64,000 bases of DNA from the human T2T-CHM13v2.0 reference genome, Homo sapiens. The translations under genes and the position numbers were made by a program. Positions within the stretch are counted from its first letter, which is position 1. Every line of letters starts with the position of its first letter. This document shows positions 1 to 14,770 of the stretch, in pieces. The notes under the pieces are model-generated. The model made no database searches. It was not told the DNA's origin and worked only from the letters and a program-made list of their open reading frames with translations. The stretch lies in NCBI RefSeq assembly GCF_009914755.1, contig NC_060927.1, one strand, 5' to 3'.

Positions 1-1588
1 TACATATAGACACATACATACATGTCTGACTATACATGTGTGCATTTTTCTCAAAGTAGATTATAAACTCCTCTGGTGTAAGTACTAAGGATTATTATAC
101 AATTTTTTAAAACCATGTTTTTTTTAGTTTAACTGGAGGAGTGACAACCTGCCAGAAGCTGAGCAACGACCTCAACTCAATTTTATAGGTTCTTTTTATA
201 CTTAAGTATAACTGAAGATTCTTCTATCTCTCCGCTCACCCTTGACAAGAATTGCTTTTATGGTCCACAGGGAAGGGAGGCCCTTGTAAAATAAACAAAC
301 TTTAAAATATAAAGTGGCCGAACTTAAAAACACTTTTGAAGAAGAAAAGAAAAACTAAGAGTTCTGAAGAGAACAAATATATGTTTGTTTGTTAAAGTAG
401 AGGAATACTCTTTGTTAAAGGAAGCAAATGAGATACTAACATTGATGAGCTGGAAAAGGGGCTTCAGATTTGTTCAGGGAATACAGTGCTGGTGCATGTG
501 TTAGTTGAATTTTCAGCAGTTAGAACAAAAATTCTATTAATGATCGAGAGGCTAGTTTCCTCAACAGGATAATGTCTTTTTTATTTTTAATCACTGAATT
601 CACCAAAATGTTTGATACCATATTTTACACATAGTATGTACTCAGTGTTTGTTAAAATGATTCAATGGTTTATTGTCTGAACCCACTTCTCATCTCCGGT
701 GGTATAAAATGGGACCACATAGTGAAATAAACCTGAGTTACTCTATTTGAGATTCAACTGCTGGGAGACATACTTAACACGTGCAGATTCCATCCACGAC
801 TCATAAGACTTTCTGATGAAAAGTCTACATGCATCAGTAAATCTAATCTAAAAATGGCAAGATCCGTAGGACTACATTCTTCAGATATATATGCAATTAT
901 TAACTGTTTCGCAAGAATTATTGCAATTTCTTGTCTTGACAAGTATTGTAGAAGATTAAGCTTTTAAATCTTCCTTTACCTGGCAATTCATATCGTTAGC
1001 ACCATGTTTTCCCAGGCATTGTAATCTAATTTATGTAATAAAATTAGATTACTACCTATTCTACATGGTTCTCAAATGCTCTAATTGGTAAGAAAACTGA
1101 AATCAAATTAATAACTTGCATAGTGAAAAGGGGTTTGGACCAGGACTTCCGTATCATGGGTTCTAATTAATCAGGTGACCATATGTCTGTGTGCCATGTG
1201 TACTGTTAGGTCCCCTTGAATTTCTAAAATGTTTTGTACCTGTGAAGTCCAAAACGGAAGATAAAGTTGTTATGACAGAGTGTCATTTGACTCAGTGCCA
1301 TCACAGACATCACTTCTAGCTCCTTAAGCAGAACTACTTTTAAGTCTCATTTGATATCATGTCAGGATAGGATCAATAAAGTCCCAGACTATAACCAGTT
1401 AACTATTCCTGGAGCAATGCTCGTTACCAAACAACTCAGTCAAGCTTATTAGAAGACTCAAAGACAGCCAACTCTCATGCACTTATATTTTTGAATATGC
1501 AAAAAAATTTAATTAAATTGTAGTAAGCATGAGCAAAAGATGTGACTAAGACACACTACGAAGCATTTATGTTTTAAAAATTATATAT

Positions 1589-2066
<478 letters not shown>

Positions 2067-2149
2067 TCAATCATCCTACCTGCACACATGAAAACAACAC
2101 TGCCAAGGGAAATCCCTTCTCTCCATTTCAAGGGCTACTATCCCCTAAC

Positions 2150-2360
2150 TTGGTATTTCTCAAACTTTAGTGGGTATAAAAATCAATTTGAGGGTTCATT
2201 TTGAGTGTATATTCCTATACCCATTACCAGAGATTCTGATTTGACAAATCTAGAGATTAGGACTTTGACAAAGCTACAGTTCAGTACTCTTCATTAAAAA
2301 TAAAAATCCTCAGGTTATCATGACATGAGAATTCTGGGGATCATATTTTGAGAAATGCCA
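2150..2360. mobile_element. MER5-like hAT MITE, degenerate
   Basis: TTTCTCAAACTTTAG...CAGAGATTCTGATT...ATATTTTGAGAAA resembles recalled MER5A ends and core. Confidence 0.5.
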
Positions 2361-3819
2361 TTCAAACATATGTTGGAAAGAGAGAGGGTGGTGGTGCTGG
2401 ATATTTCTGTGTGGCTAGGGTGTCCTGTAACCTCTAGGTAATACGTTGCCTCTTTGTCCCCAGCTACTAGGTGCGCCTCCACTTTAGTTCTGAAAGTGAT
2501 TGTCTTTTGGCTCTGAAATATCAAGAACTACTACTTCTTGATCATCCCAGAGATAGGCTGCTGCTTGCTCTGCAAATGCGAATGAATGTGAGCCAAACCA
2601 CATTTGCCGTATTGCCTCACCCCTTTGTTCTCAACATAATTCCCCTTAAGACTGTGCAGGTTTCAGCAAAGTTAGTGGTAACTAAAGGCAAGTAAAACAT
2701 AGAAAGGGAGAAACACATTTCATTTGACTGTCTGCCAAACCTAAGCACACAGAACTGATAAATCTTTTAGAAAAGTTATATTTCAGACTCATCCAGATTC
2801 TTTGTTTCCCTTTCATTCATGACTGCCTTTTCCAAGTGTATAGGTGCACCTCTTCCCAGGGAAACTATAGCATCTGGTACCTCCCTCCAATATAATGCAC
2901 TGGGATACCACAATCTTCAAAAGTCCAAAATTTCCAAAGACTGAATTATGACATTAGTGATGACTATGTCTGTGGCATTTGTGTAGTAACTGAATTAAAT
3001 CGCTTTCTCAATAAATTGCAATCTCTTTGACAGCAAAGATCCCACTCTCTCCCCTTTTAAACCCTTGTACCATAGGCTTTCACATGCAATAGTCCTCATA
3101 GATGACAGTACAATTCAGTGTCCTGGAGAGTTGACAAACAGAAAAGCCAGGATGGGTTTATCATTATTTATTTAATTTTTCTCTGAAGAACGAATGTTGT
3201 ATTATTAGCCCTAGAAAGTTAATGAAGCAGAGTCCTTGGGCATTTCCATCAAGATCACTTCAACACAGCAAATAATGATCCCAAACTACCTCACATAAAA
3301 TACCAACTATTTTCTAAGGTTTTGGCTAAATTGTAGAAATAATTGAGTGGGTTAAATGCCACTTTTAAGTGTTATGTACTCACTTGGAATTTACAAGGAG
3401 TCTCAGATAACTAAAAGTGCAGGAAGAACAAGTAAATCCCCTTAAAGAACATTGAATCCTATTACTACCAGAGAAACTACTGATCTCAGCACATTTTCAT
3501 TCAAACTGGCAGTGTTTGCAGGCCTTGTCACACTAACACTGAAGAGCTATCGTGCAGATATTTTACTTTGACTTCACTATGTAGTCATTGAGAGTCTACT
3601 TGGTGAGTAGAATACTGAAAGGAAAGGAAATAATTGCTAATAAGGTGCATATTTCAAGAAGCAATTGCATCATAGACTATTGGAATAAGAGGTTTTGCAA
3701 TCTAACAAGACTATATTGGATGTAAGGTTTCATCTCACACTGGTAGTGTGAGTCTGGGAAAATACATATTAATAATAGAATTTATTTGAGTATTTTTGGG
3801 GTAGGCCTTATGCCAAATT

Positions 3820-3955
3820 ACTTATGTAAGTGATTTGACTTGCTAAAATCAGCTTTCTTATCTGTTAGATAATTTCCGGGAGTTTTTAAATGAGACTATA
3901 AACTAGGAAGTGCTAATTATAGCATCTGAAACATAATAGGTACACAATAAATTCT
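3820..3955 (+). mobile_element. MIR fragment
   Basis: CAGCTTTCTTATCTGT core and ACATAATAGGTACACAATAAA 3' end. Confidence 0.5.
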
Positions 3956-4210
3956 CAGTCCTCTTCTACATTACATAATTTTGTGTCTAATCTATTTCAG
4001 TAGGCTTTATGTTTTTAAGGTATATAGACTGCCAGGATTTATTTGTGAGATCATTTTCATACAATGAAACACAAATACTTTGCTTTAGTAAAGTTAATCA
4101 AGACGTATGGCTGTATGAGTATGGTGTCAACATCATTTCATTTGGAGGATTCAAATAGGGCCAGTCTCAGAAGTAGATTAAATAGATAGATAGTAACCTG
4201 CATGGCATGC

Positions 4211-4336
4211 TTTTCTTTCTTTCTTTGTTTTGAGACAGAGTCTTGCTCTGTCACCTGGGCTGGAGTGCACTGGTGAGATCTCAGCTCACTGCAACCTCTG
4301 CCTCCTGGGTTCGAGAAATTCTCTGCCTCAGCCTCC
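4211..4336 (-). mobile_element. Alu right-arm fragment (AluSg7-like)
   Basis: T-rich tail, GAGACAGAGTCTTGCTCTGTCACC...; AATTCTCTGCCTCAGCC variant; 5' truncated. Confidence 0.9.
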
Positions 4337-4544
4337 TGTGTTTTACCCCAAGTCTAATGATACTGCAGAGGTTGCATTATCAACAGTTACCCCTCAGTTG
4401 TGGATTAATATGTGGACTCACACTGGCTTTTTGAGCCAATTACCATAGAAAAATACTTGTTATGAAATGCACAGGGCCAGAGTTTCCATTATGGAATCAC
4501 TAATCTGCAGATTGTTTGCCCGTCTGTTTGAAAATCTTAAGGAA

Positions 4545-5525
4545 TAAAAAATGATTCCAGAAATTTGAACCAAAGCAATTGGGAGAATGGTACTCCCATT
4601 TACTGAGAGGTTAAAGATCACCAAAGAAGCATCTTTGGTAGATGGTGAGGTAGAAGGTGGGACTCAACTCTGGAGGTGGGGCTTGGGCACCAAACCAAAT
4701 TGAGGACTAGCTAAAATAGGGCCAGGGCAGAAGGAGCTTTCTATAAGACACACCCACCAGTGTGCCATGTCAGTTTACCATTGCCATGACAACACCCACA
4801 AGTTACTGCCTCTTTCCATGGCAACAACCTAATTACATAGAAGTTATTACCTTTTTCTTAAAAATTTCTGCACAAACCATCCCTTAATTTGCATATAATT
4901 AAAAATGGGTATAAATATGATGGCAGAATTGCCTCTGAGCTGCTATTTTGGGCACACTGCCTATGGGATAGCCCAACTCCACAAGGAGGCATTCCTCTGC
5001 TGCTGCTGTACACGCCACTTCAATAAAAGTTGCTGTTTAACACCACCAGCTCACCCTTGAATTCTTTCCTGGGCAAAGTCAAGAACCCTCCTGAGCTAAG
5101 CTCCAATTTTGGGGCTTGCCTGTCCTGCATCAGTGCTATGTGTACGGTGGCACAAGGAAGGTTGGAAGCTCATTTTTAGACATGGTAAGTTTGAAATGAC
5201 TATTAGACATCTAGTTGGAGATAGCGGTTCACCAATTGAACATTCAAATCTACTGTTCAGGGAAAAGGTCTAGCTAGAGATAGAAATCTGGGCGTCATTC
5301 ACCTATAAACAGTATTTAAAGCCAAGACACTAGATGAGAATGAGATAATAATAAAACATTAAGTGTGGATAGATAAGATAAGCTGTCCAAGGATGGAGTT
5401 CTGAGGCACACCAACAATAAGAGATGCAGGTGATGGTCTGGGGTAAGAAACATCCACAAATGAAACCAAGAAGGAGTAGAAAAGGTGGCAAAGTAAAACT
5501 AAGGAGAATGTGGTGTCTTGGTTAA
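4545..5525 (-). mobile_element. L2 fragment interrupted by the LTR at 4646-5132
   Basis: GAATGGTACTCCCATTTACTGAG and TTTAGACATGGTAAGTTTGAAATG...GGCGTCATTCACCTATAAACAGTATTTAAAGCC typical of antisense L2. Confidence 0.7.
4646..5132 (+). mobile_element. ERV1 solo LTR (MER66-like)
   Basis: TG...CA ends (TGAGGTAGAAGG ... CCTGCATCA), TATAAA 4910, AATAAA 5022; family name from recalled consensus. Confidence 0.8.
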
Positions 5526-5622
5526 AGACCTAAAGCTTTTAAAATATTTCAATTTCATAAATCAAAGTGGATTCAAAATTAGTTCTGTAATAATGTCACT
5601 TCCACTATTCGCATCCTGATAT

Positions 5623-5942
5623 TTTGTTGTTGTTGTTGTTGTTTGTTTTTGTTTTTGTTTTTTTTGAGACAGAATCTCACTCTGTCTCCCAGGCTGGAGT
5701 GCAGTGGTGCGATCTCAGCTCACTGCAACTTCTGCCTCCTGGGTTCAAGCAGTTCTCTGCCTCAGTCCCCCGAGTAGCTGGGATTACAGGTGCCTGCTGC
5801 CATGCCCGTCTAACTTTGTATTTTTAATAGAGATGGGGTTTCACCATCTTGCCAGGCTGGTCTTGAACTCCTGACCTCTTGATTCACCCACCTTGGCCTC
5901 CCAAAGTGCTGGGATTCCAGGCATGAACCACCATGCCTGGCC
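5623..5942 (-). mobile_element. Alu, full length (AluSg7-like) with (TTG)n tail
   Basis: Both arms; CACCATCTTG and TTCTCTGCCTC variants; TSD CTGATAT. Confidence 0.95.
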
Positions 5943-6532
5943 CTGATATGCTTTTTTTGAGTGAGAAAGAAAAGGACAGAACCACAATTAGCAGGCTAGA
6001 AATTATACACAAGCAGCCTGCCTAGTCCATACCACCATGTGTACATGTAATTATTACTGGTAAATGGTTAATAAACTTAACAACTAAAATAACACAAAAA
6101 AGCAAACAAAACTATAATGTCAGTTTCTGGGTACCTTACTCCTTATTCCATCCCATATGTTAGTCGTTTTCAAATATGGGAGAAAAAGGCTTTGTCAAAA
6201 TCTTGATGTATCCATGCAATAAATCACTGGTTAACTAAATCATTAAATAATATTCATGAACAATCTGTTCTGTATGCTGAATTAAGGAAAAACATCGAGA
6301 ATCTCAGTAGAGATTCTTTGGAGGTACCTCACTATCCACGTCTGCTTTAGTTCATCAGTCAGAGCTACATGTATAACTTTGTATAACTTCTCAACATGTG
6401 TTCTTAAAATATTTCCCAATGTATTAGTGTTATCAGTAAAAAGCTTTCTACTTTATTTTCTTCTCATATCCCATTGTGTTTTATATCCTACATTTGATTA
6501 TAAATCTTGTTGTCCATACAATCAAAGTCTAC

Positions 6533-6889
6533 TGTATTAGTCTGTTTTCATACCTCTGTAAAGAACTGCCTCAGACTGGGTAATTTATAAAGAGGTTTAA
6601 CTGACTCACAGTTCTGCATGGCTGAGGGGGCTTCAGGAAACTTACAATCATGGCAGAAAGCAAATGAGAAGCAAGGCAAGTCTTACATAGCAGCAGGAGA
6701 CAGAGAGTGAAAGGGGGAAGTCCACATTTTTAAAATAACCAGATCTCATGAGAACTCACTATCACGAGAGCAGCAAGGGGGAAGTCTGCCCCCATGATTC
6801 AACCACCTCCCACCAGGTCCCTCCCCCGATATGTGGAGATTACAATTTGAGATGATATTTGGGTAGGGACACAGAGCTAAACCATATCA
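6533..6889 (-). mobile_element. THE1D-like MaLR solo LTR
   Basis: TGTATTAGTCTGTTTTCA ... AAACCATATCA; 5-bp TSD TCTAC/TCTAT. Confidence 0.92.
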
Positions 6890-6899
6890 TCTATTAAGA

Positions 6900-7585
6900 A
6901 CCTAACCACTTACTACTCCATCCAGTCCTACCACCTTTATCCAAGGCATTATCATTTCTTTTCCGGATTATTACAAAAACCTCCTAATTGTTCTCCCTAG
7001 TTTCCTTTTAAAATGAAAGTTAGATCATAACACTCCTTTGTTTAAAAGTCTCCAAAGTCTTCCCAGAGCATTCAGAATGAAACTCAAGGCCTTCCAGTGG
7101 CTTACAAGGTGCCATATACTGTGGTTCTCTGTGACCTCTTGAACTGCATCTGTTATTAGCTGCAATTATAAGGGTCATGTTCCTATTCCTCTAACACCTC
7201 AGGTCTCTCCCAACCTAAGTTTTATATTTTTTCTGCCTAATATGCTCCTCTCTAAGATGTTTATATGATCACATCCCATCACTTATTAGGCCTTTTTTCA
7301 AATGTAACCTTCTCAATTGAAGCTTTCCCCGATCACCCTGTAGAAAAATGCAACACTCCATACATTCTAGTCACCCACTCAAACTTTTTTCTTCATTTTC
7401 TTAATATTTATTGGCCTTTAATGAATTTTCCTTCTTATTGATGTTGTTTATAATGTCAGTTTCTTCACAGTACAAAATAATTTATTCATGTGATGTCCTA
7501 TCTTTCTGTTTTGATCACTGTTATCTCCAACATTAAAAAAGTGCCTGGCACATGATAGAAGCTCAAGAGCTGTCAAATGAAAAAT
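6900..7585 (+). mobile_element. L2 3' end
   Basis: TAGATCATAACACTCC core and GTGCCTGGCACATGATAGAAGCTCAA terminus. Confidence 0.75.
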
Positions 7586-7639
7586 GTACTAATTATTACA
7601 TTTTTGGCCTATTTCACAACTGTTGGTGGAAATTACTGT

Positions 7640-9320
7640 TCTATATAGAGTTTTCTCATTCATAATAATGGTTTGATTCTGTATTTATTTAGCTCTTCTA
7701 TAATTTCTGTCAGCAATATATTGTAGTTTTTAACACTGCATATATTTTGCATAATCTAATTACTTCATATTTATTGATATTATAAATTGTAATTAAAAAT
7801 TATTTTCTAATTACTCAATGCTAGTACATAGATACAAAGCTTGACTTACATATATTTACGTTATATCTTGCAACTTTGCCAAACTCATTTGTTAGTTCCA
7901 CTAGCTATTTGAAAATCAGGTAACCTGCAAATTTAGTCAGGATTTTCTTGTAAATCTATATGCTTTTGTCCCTACACCCTTTTTTAAGAAAAGTAATATC
8001 TTTTTTCCCTTGTTCCAGATCTTAGGTAAAAAAAGCAGTCCTTCTCTATTAAGAACAATGGTAAGTATAGGTGTTTCATAATTGGCCTTTATCAGGTTGA
8101 GGGAAAATATAAATTCTATGATTAACTTTCTGGGAGTGATTACAATAAATCAATGCTGAATTTTTTCAAATGATTTTAAACATCCATTGAAACGACTATG
8201 TGTTTTTTTCTTGTTTAATGTGTTATTATTGATTACTTTGATTAATTGTTTTAAATGTAGAACCAGACTTGCATTCCTGGAATGAACTTTATTTGGGTAT
8301 TATCCCTCTTATAGATTGCTGAATTTGATTTGCTAATATTTCATTAATTATTTTTACATCAGTGTTCATGAGAGATAATAGTCTAGTTTTCTTGTGATGT
8401 CTTTGATTTTGGCAGCAGGGTGCTGGCATTATATGGAAGACTTTGTATAGAGTTGGTATTATTTCTTGTTTAACTGTTTGACAAAATTCACTATTAAAGC
8501 TACCTCAGCAATGGATTTGTATGTGGGGAGTGGGGGGACGGAGGGTGGCTTTTACTACAGATTTAATACCATTAGATTTATTAAGATTATTGCTTAAGAG
8601 AACTTTCATAATTTGTATCATTCCAGGAATTAGCTAAGTTGGTGAATTTTTGGTCATAGGGATTTTCAGAATACTCTTTTATTTTTATTTTAATTTCTGT
8701 AGTATTTATTTTGATGTACCCTTTTTTATTACCGATATTAGTATTTTTTTGTTTTTTTCTTCTGATTTCCCTGGCTATTGATCTCTTCAAAGTATTTGAT
8801 TATAGTTTTATGGATTATTTCCACTTTTCTTCTGATTTTTATTTTATTGATTTGTGCTATCTTTACTATCAATTTCCTTCTGCTTCCTTGGTGTTTGATT
8901 TGTTCTTCTTTTTTCATTTTATAAGATGAAAGCTTAAATCATTACTTAATACTTTTCTTAATGAACCTAAGAATTTAATTCTATACTACTTTAAATGTAT
9001 CCCACAAATACTATTTTAATTTTCATTCAACTTAAAATGCTATTTTAATTCTACTTCAATTTAAAATATTTATAATTTCCATTGGGACTGCTTCTTTGAT
9101 TCATATTATTTAGGATTGCATAATTAAACTTAAAATATGTTAGTATTTTCTAGTGGACATATTTTGCTTTATTACTATGAAGCTCTGATACTCAGTATTG
9201 CTTTGTCTTCTAGATGAATTGAAACCTTTATGATTATCTTTTTTATCCCTAGCAATATTGCTATTTCTTACTTTGCCTGATATTAAAATAGTTCCATACC
9301 TCTCTGTCACATCTCTTTTT
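7640..9320 (-). mobile_element. Old L1M ORF2 fragment
   Basis: T-rich antisense L1 motifs (TTGCATTCCTGGAATGAAC, GATTTGCTAATATTT); minus-strand ORF resembles ORF2 (IGNKKGYIKINTTEIK). Confidence 0.8.
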
Positions 9321-11259
9321 AATATCTTTTTGTTTTTTAACTGGCATGTTGTACATATTAATAGAGTAAAATTACAATGTTTCAAGATATAAATATATAT
9401 TCAATATATAAATAATCAAGTCAAAGTACTCCATCACCTCATCCATTTATCATTTCTTTGTGGTGAGAGCATTCAAAAGCCTCTCTTCTAGTCATTTTGT
9501 AATATACAATATTCTACTGTTAACTATAGTCAACCAACAGTGCAATAGAACACAGAACTTATTCCCTTTATCTAACAGTAACTTTGACCAACCTTTTCCC
9601 ATCCTACCCCCTTTCCACCCTGCTCCCCAGTTGCTGGTAATCACTATTCTACTTTCTGCTTCTATAATATCAACTTTATTATTTATTTATTTTTTAGATT
9701 CCTCATATGAATGAGATTGTGTGGTATTCATCTATCTGTGTTTGGCTTATTTTGCTTATTATGATGTCCTCCAAGTCTGTACATGTCACAAATAACAATA
9801 TTTCATTTTTTATGACTAAATAGCATTTTGCTGTGTATATATACCACATTTATTTCCATTCATCCATTTACATATACATGTCGATTCCAAGATAGCTATT
9901 GTAAACAGTGCTGCAATAAACATGGAGTATAGGAATCTCTTCAACATACTGATTTTTATATTCTTTGGATCTATTTTCAGTAGTGGGATTTCTGGATCAT
10001 AGAGTAGCTCTATTTTTAATTTTTTGAGGAACTGTCATACTATTTTCTAGAATTGCTATCCTAGTATACAATCCCACTAATAGTTTGTAAGAGTTCCCTT
10101 TTCTCCACATCCTCATCAATACTTGTCTTCTTTCGTCTTTCCCCCAATAAGTCTTCTTGGCAACATTGTCACAAATCAGTTGGCTGTCGGTGTGTGAATT
10201 TATTTCTGGGCTCTCTATTCTGTTCTAATGGTCTATGTGTCTGTTTTTATGCCAGTACCATGCTGTTTTCATTATTATAGCTTTATAGTATATTTTCAAG
10301 TCAGGAAGCATGATGCCTCCATCTTTGTTCTTTTTGCTTAGGTTTGTTTTCTATTTGGTATCTTTTGTGGCTCCATATGAATTTTAGGATCAGGTTTTTG
10401 AAAACAGGAACAAATTTAAGTACTCCCCTTCAGTGTGTATGCCTTTTATTTCTTTTATCTTGCCTGATTGCTCTAGCTAGAACTTCCATTCTTATTTTGA
10501 ACAGAAGTGCTGAAAGTGAGAATTCTTGTCTTATTCTTCATCTTAGAGAGAAAGCATTCAGCTTTTATCCACTCAGTGTGAGGTTAACTATTGAGTTTGA
10601 CATATACGGCTTTTATTGTCTTGAGCAACATACTTTCTATGCCCACTTGTTAAGAGATTCTATTATAGAGGGATGTTGGATGTTGCTGAATGCATTTTCA
10701 GTGTCTCAAAATTATTATATTGTTTTTGTCTTTCTTTCTGTTCATGTGGTGTATCACATTTATTGATTTTCATGTGTTAGATCATTCTTGCATCCTGGAA
10801 TAAGTCACACTTGATCACAGTGAATAATCTTTTTAATGGGCTATTGAATTTGGCTTGCCAATATCTTGTTTAGAATTTTTGCATCTATATTTAGCAGAGA
10901 TCTTAGCCTGTAGTAGTCTTTTTTGTCATGTCTTTGTCAGATTTTGGACTCAGGATAATACTGGCCTCATAAAATGAGTTTGGAATAATATATTTCTCTT
11001 CAATTTTCTGAAATACTTTGAGGAGAATCAATATTAATTCTTTCTTAAATGTTCTATAGAATTCAGAAGTGTACTTCTCAGATCCTCAACTTTTCTTCAA
11101 TGAAAGGCTTTTTATTACTGACTCCATATTCTCACTCATTTTTAGTCTTTTCAGATTTTCTATTTCCTCATTATTTAATCTTGGTAGTTTATGTGTTCAG
11201 GAATTTATCTGCTTCTTCTAGGTTATCAAATTTGTTTGCAATATCATTATTCAAAATAG

Positions 11260-11574
<315 letters not shown>

Positions 11575-11950
11575 TAATGTGTCTTTTTTAATCTCTGGTT
11601 TTAGAGTGTTTTTTACTATTCTACCTAAAACTTTGTCAATTTTTTTTTCCAAAAAACAAACTCTTCATTTTATTAGTCTTTTGAATTGTTTCAGTCTCTA
11701 TTTCAATTATTTTTGCTCTAATTTTTATTATTTCCTTCTTTCTACCAACTTTGGTTTCAGTTTGTTTTTGTTTTTCCAGTTTCCTGGAGTACAATGTTAG
11801 GTTGTTTATTACAAATCTTTCTTTTTTATTGATGTTGGCATTTATTGCTATAAATTTTGCTCTTAGAAATGCTCTTGCTCTGTCTTGATATGATGTTTTT
11901 CCATTCTTATTTGTCTCAAGAAATTTTTAAATTTTCCTTTCAATTTCCTT

Positions 11951-14320
11951 ATCGTGATGCCTCTGGCTTTGTTCTTTTTGCTTAGAATTGCTTTGGCAGT
12001 TCAGGCTTCTTTTTGATTCCATGTGAATTTTAGACTTTTTTTTTTTTAATTCTGTGAAAAATGATGTTGGTGGTTTTATAGGAATAGCATTGAATGTGTA
12101 AATTGCTTTGGGCACTATGGCCATTTTAACAATATTGATTTTTCCTATTCATGAGCATGAGATGTTTTTCCATTTATTTGTGTCCTCTCTGATTTATTTC
12201 AGTAGTGTTTTGTAATTCTTGTTGTAGAGTCTTTCATCTCATTGTATGCTGTATGTCTAGGTATTTTATTCTTTTTGTGGCTATTGAAAGTGGGATTGCA
12301 TTCTTGATTTGGCTCTAAGTTTGAACATTATTTGTGTATAGAAATGCTACTGATGTGGGTACATTGATTTTGTATCCTGAAAATTTACTGAAGTTGTTTA
12401 TCAGTTCTAGAAGCCTTCTGGCAGAGTCTATGGGGTTTTCTAGTTATAGAATCATATTGTCTATAAAGAGAGATAGTTTGACTTCCTTGCTTTCTGTTCG
12501 AATGTATTTTATTTTTTTCTCTTGCCTGATTGTTCCGGCTAGGGCTTTCAGTACTATGTTGAATAGGAGTGGTGAGAGTGAGCATCCTTGCCTTGTTCTA
12601 CTTTTCAAAGGGAATGCTTCCAAATTTTGCCCATTCAGTATGATGTTGGCTGTGGGTTTGTTTTAAATGGCTCTTATTATTTTGAGGTATGTTCCTTTGA
12701 TGCCAAATTTGTTGAGAATTTCTAACATGAGGGAATGTTGAATTCTATCAAAGGCCTTTTCTGAATCTGTTGAGATGATTACATGGGTATTGTTGTTAAT
12801 TCTGTTTATGTGGTAAATTACATTTAATAATTTGCATATATTAAAGCAACCTTGCATCTGAGAAATAAAGCCTACTTGATTGTGTTGAATTAGCTTTTAT
12901 CTAACTTCAAACTATATTACAAGTCTACAGTAATCAAAACAGAATGCTACTGGTATCGAAACAGACACATAGACCAATGAAACTTAATAGGGAACACAGA
13001 AATAAAGCCACATATCTACAATCACCTGATCTTTGATAAAGTCAACAATTATAAATAATAGAGGAAGGACTTCCTATTCAATATATGGTGCTGGAATAAC
13101 TGGCTAGCCATATTTAGAAGATTGAAACTGGACTCCTTACTTTAAACACAGACAAAAATTAAATCTAGGTGTATTAAAGATTAAATGTAAGACCCCAAAT
13201 GATAAAAACCCTAGATGAAAATCTAGGAAATACCATTCTAGACATGGTGGCAAAGAATTTACTACTAAGTTCTCAAAAGCAATTGCAACAACAACAAAAA
13301 TCAACAAGTGGGACCTAATTAAGCCAAGGAGCTTCTTCAAAGCAAAAGAAACTATCAATAGAGAAAACACACAACCTACAGAATGCGAGAAAGTATTTGC
13401 AAACTATGCATCCAACAAGGTCTAATACTCAGAATCTATATGGAACTTTTCAATAAGCAAAAAACAAGTAGCCCCATTTAAAAAAAATAGACAAAGGACA
13501 TTAACAGAGACTTTGCAAAAGAAGACATACGTGCAGTCAACAAGCAATATGCTCATTATTACTAATCATTAGAGAAATGCAAAGCAAAACCACAATAAGA
13601 AACCATCTCACACCAGTCAGAATGGCAATTATTAAAAAGTCGAAAAACGACAGATGCTGGCAAGGTTGCAGAGAAAAGGGAACACTTATACACTGCTGGT
13701 GGGAATGTTAAATTAGTTAGCCACTGTGGAAAACAGTGTGGAGATTTAGCAAAGAACTCAGATAAGTTCAGAGCTACCATTTGACCCAGCTCTCCCACTA
13801 TTGGGTATATACTCAAAGGAAAATAAAAATTTCTACTAAAAAGACATATGCACTTTTATGTTCACTACAGAACTATTCACAATAGCAAATACATGGAATA
13901 AACCACCATGCTTGTCTATATGAACTGGATAAAGAATATGTGGATACATACAACATGGAAAACTACACAGTAATGGAAAAAGGATAAATTCATGTCCTTT
14001 GCAGCAACAAGGATGTAGGTGGAGACACTTATTCTAAGTGAAGTAACGCGGGAATAGAAAACCAAATACCACATGCTCTCACCTATAAGTAGGAGCTAAC
14101 CACTGAATATACATGGACATCCAAAAAGAAACAATAGACATTGGGGAGTGCTTTAGGAAGGATGGTAGGAATGCAGAGTGTGGGTTGGAAGGGTACTTAT
14201 CAGTTACTGTGTTCACTACCTTGGTGACAGCATCATTCGTACACCAAAAAACCTCAGCAATATGCAATTTACACACGTAACAAACCTGCACATGTACACT
14301 CAGAAACAAAAATTAAAACT
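11951..14320 (+). mobile_element. 5'-inverted L1PA15/16-like insertion (inverted part ~11951-12897 on -, 3' part ~12898-14320 on +)
   Basis: Strand switch at ~12898; the pieces are adjacent in ORF2 (...GGCATCACGAT | ATCTAACTTCAAACTATA...); 3'UTR ends AAACCTGCACATGTAC...AAAAATTAAAA. Confidence 0.88.
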
Positions 14321-14428
14321 TTTTTTTCATTGATCTATTGGTTCTTTAGAAGTATATTGTTTATTTCTATGTATTTTTACACTTTGCATGTTATACTGTT
14401 GTTGATTTCTAGTTTTATACTATTGTGA

Positions 14429-14770
<342 letters not shown>

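Noticed and set aside
754-967. Short frames open on both strands in unique sequence
   Set aside because: About 60-70 codons, no convincing splice-site pair or recognisable protein
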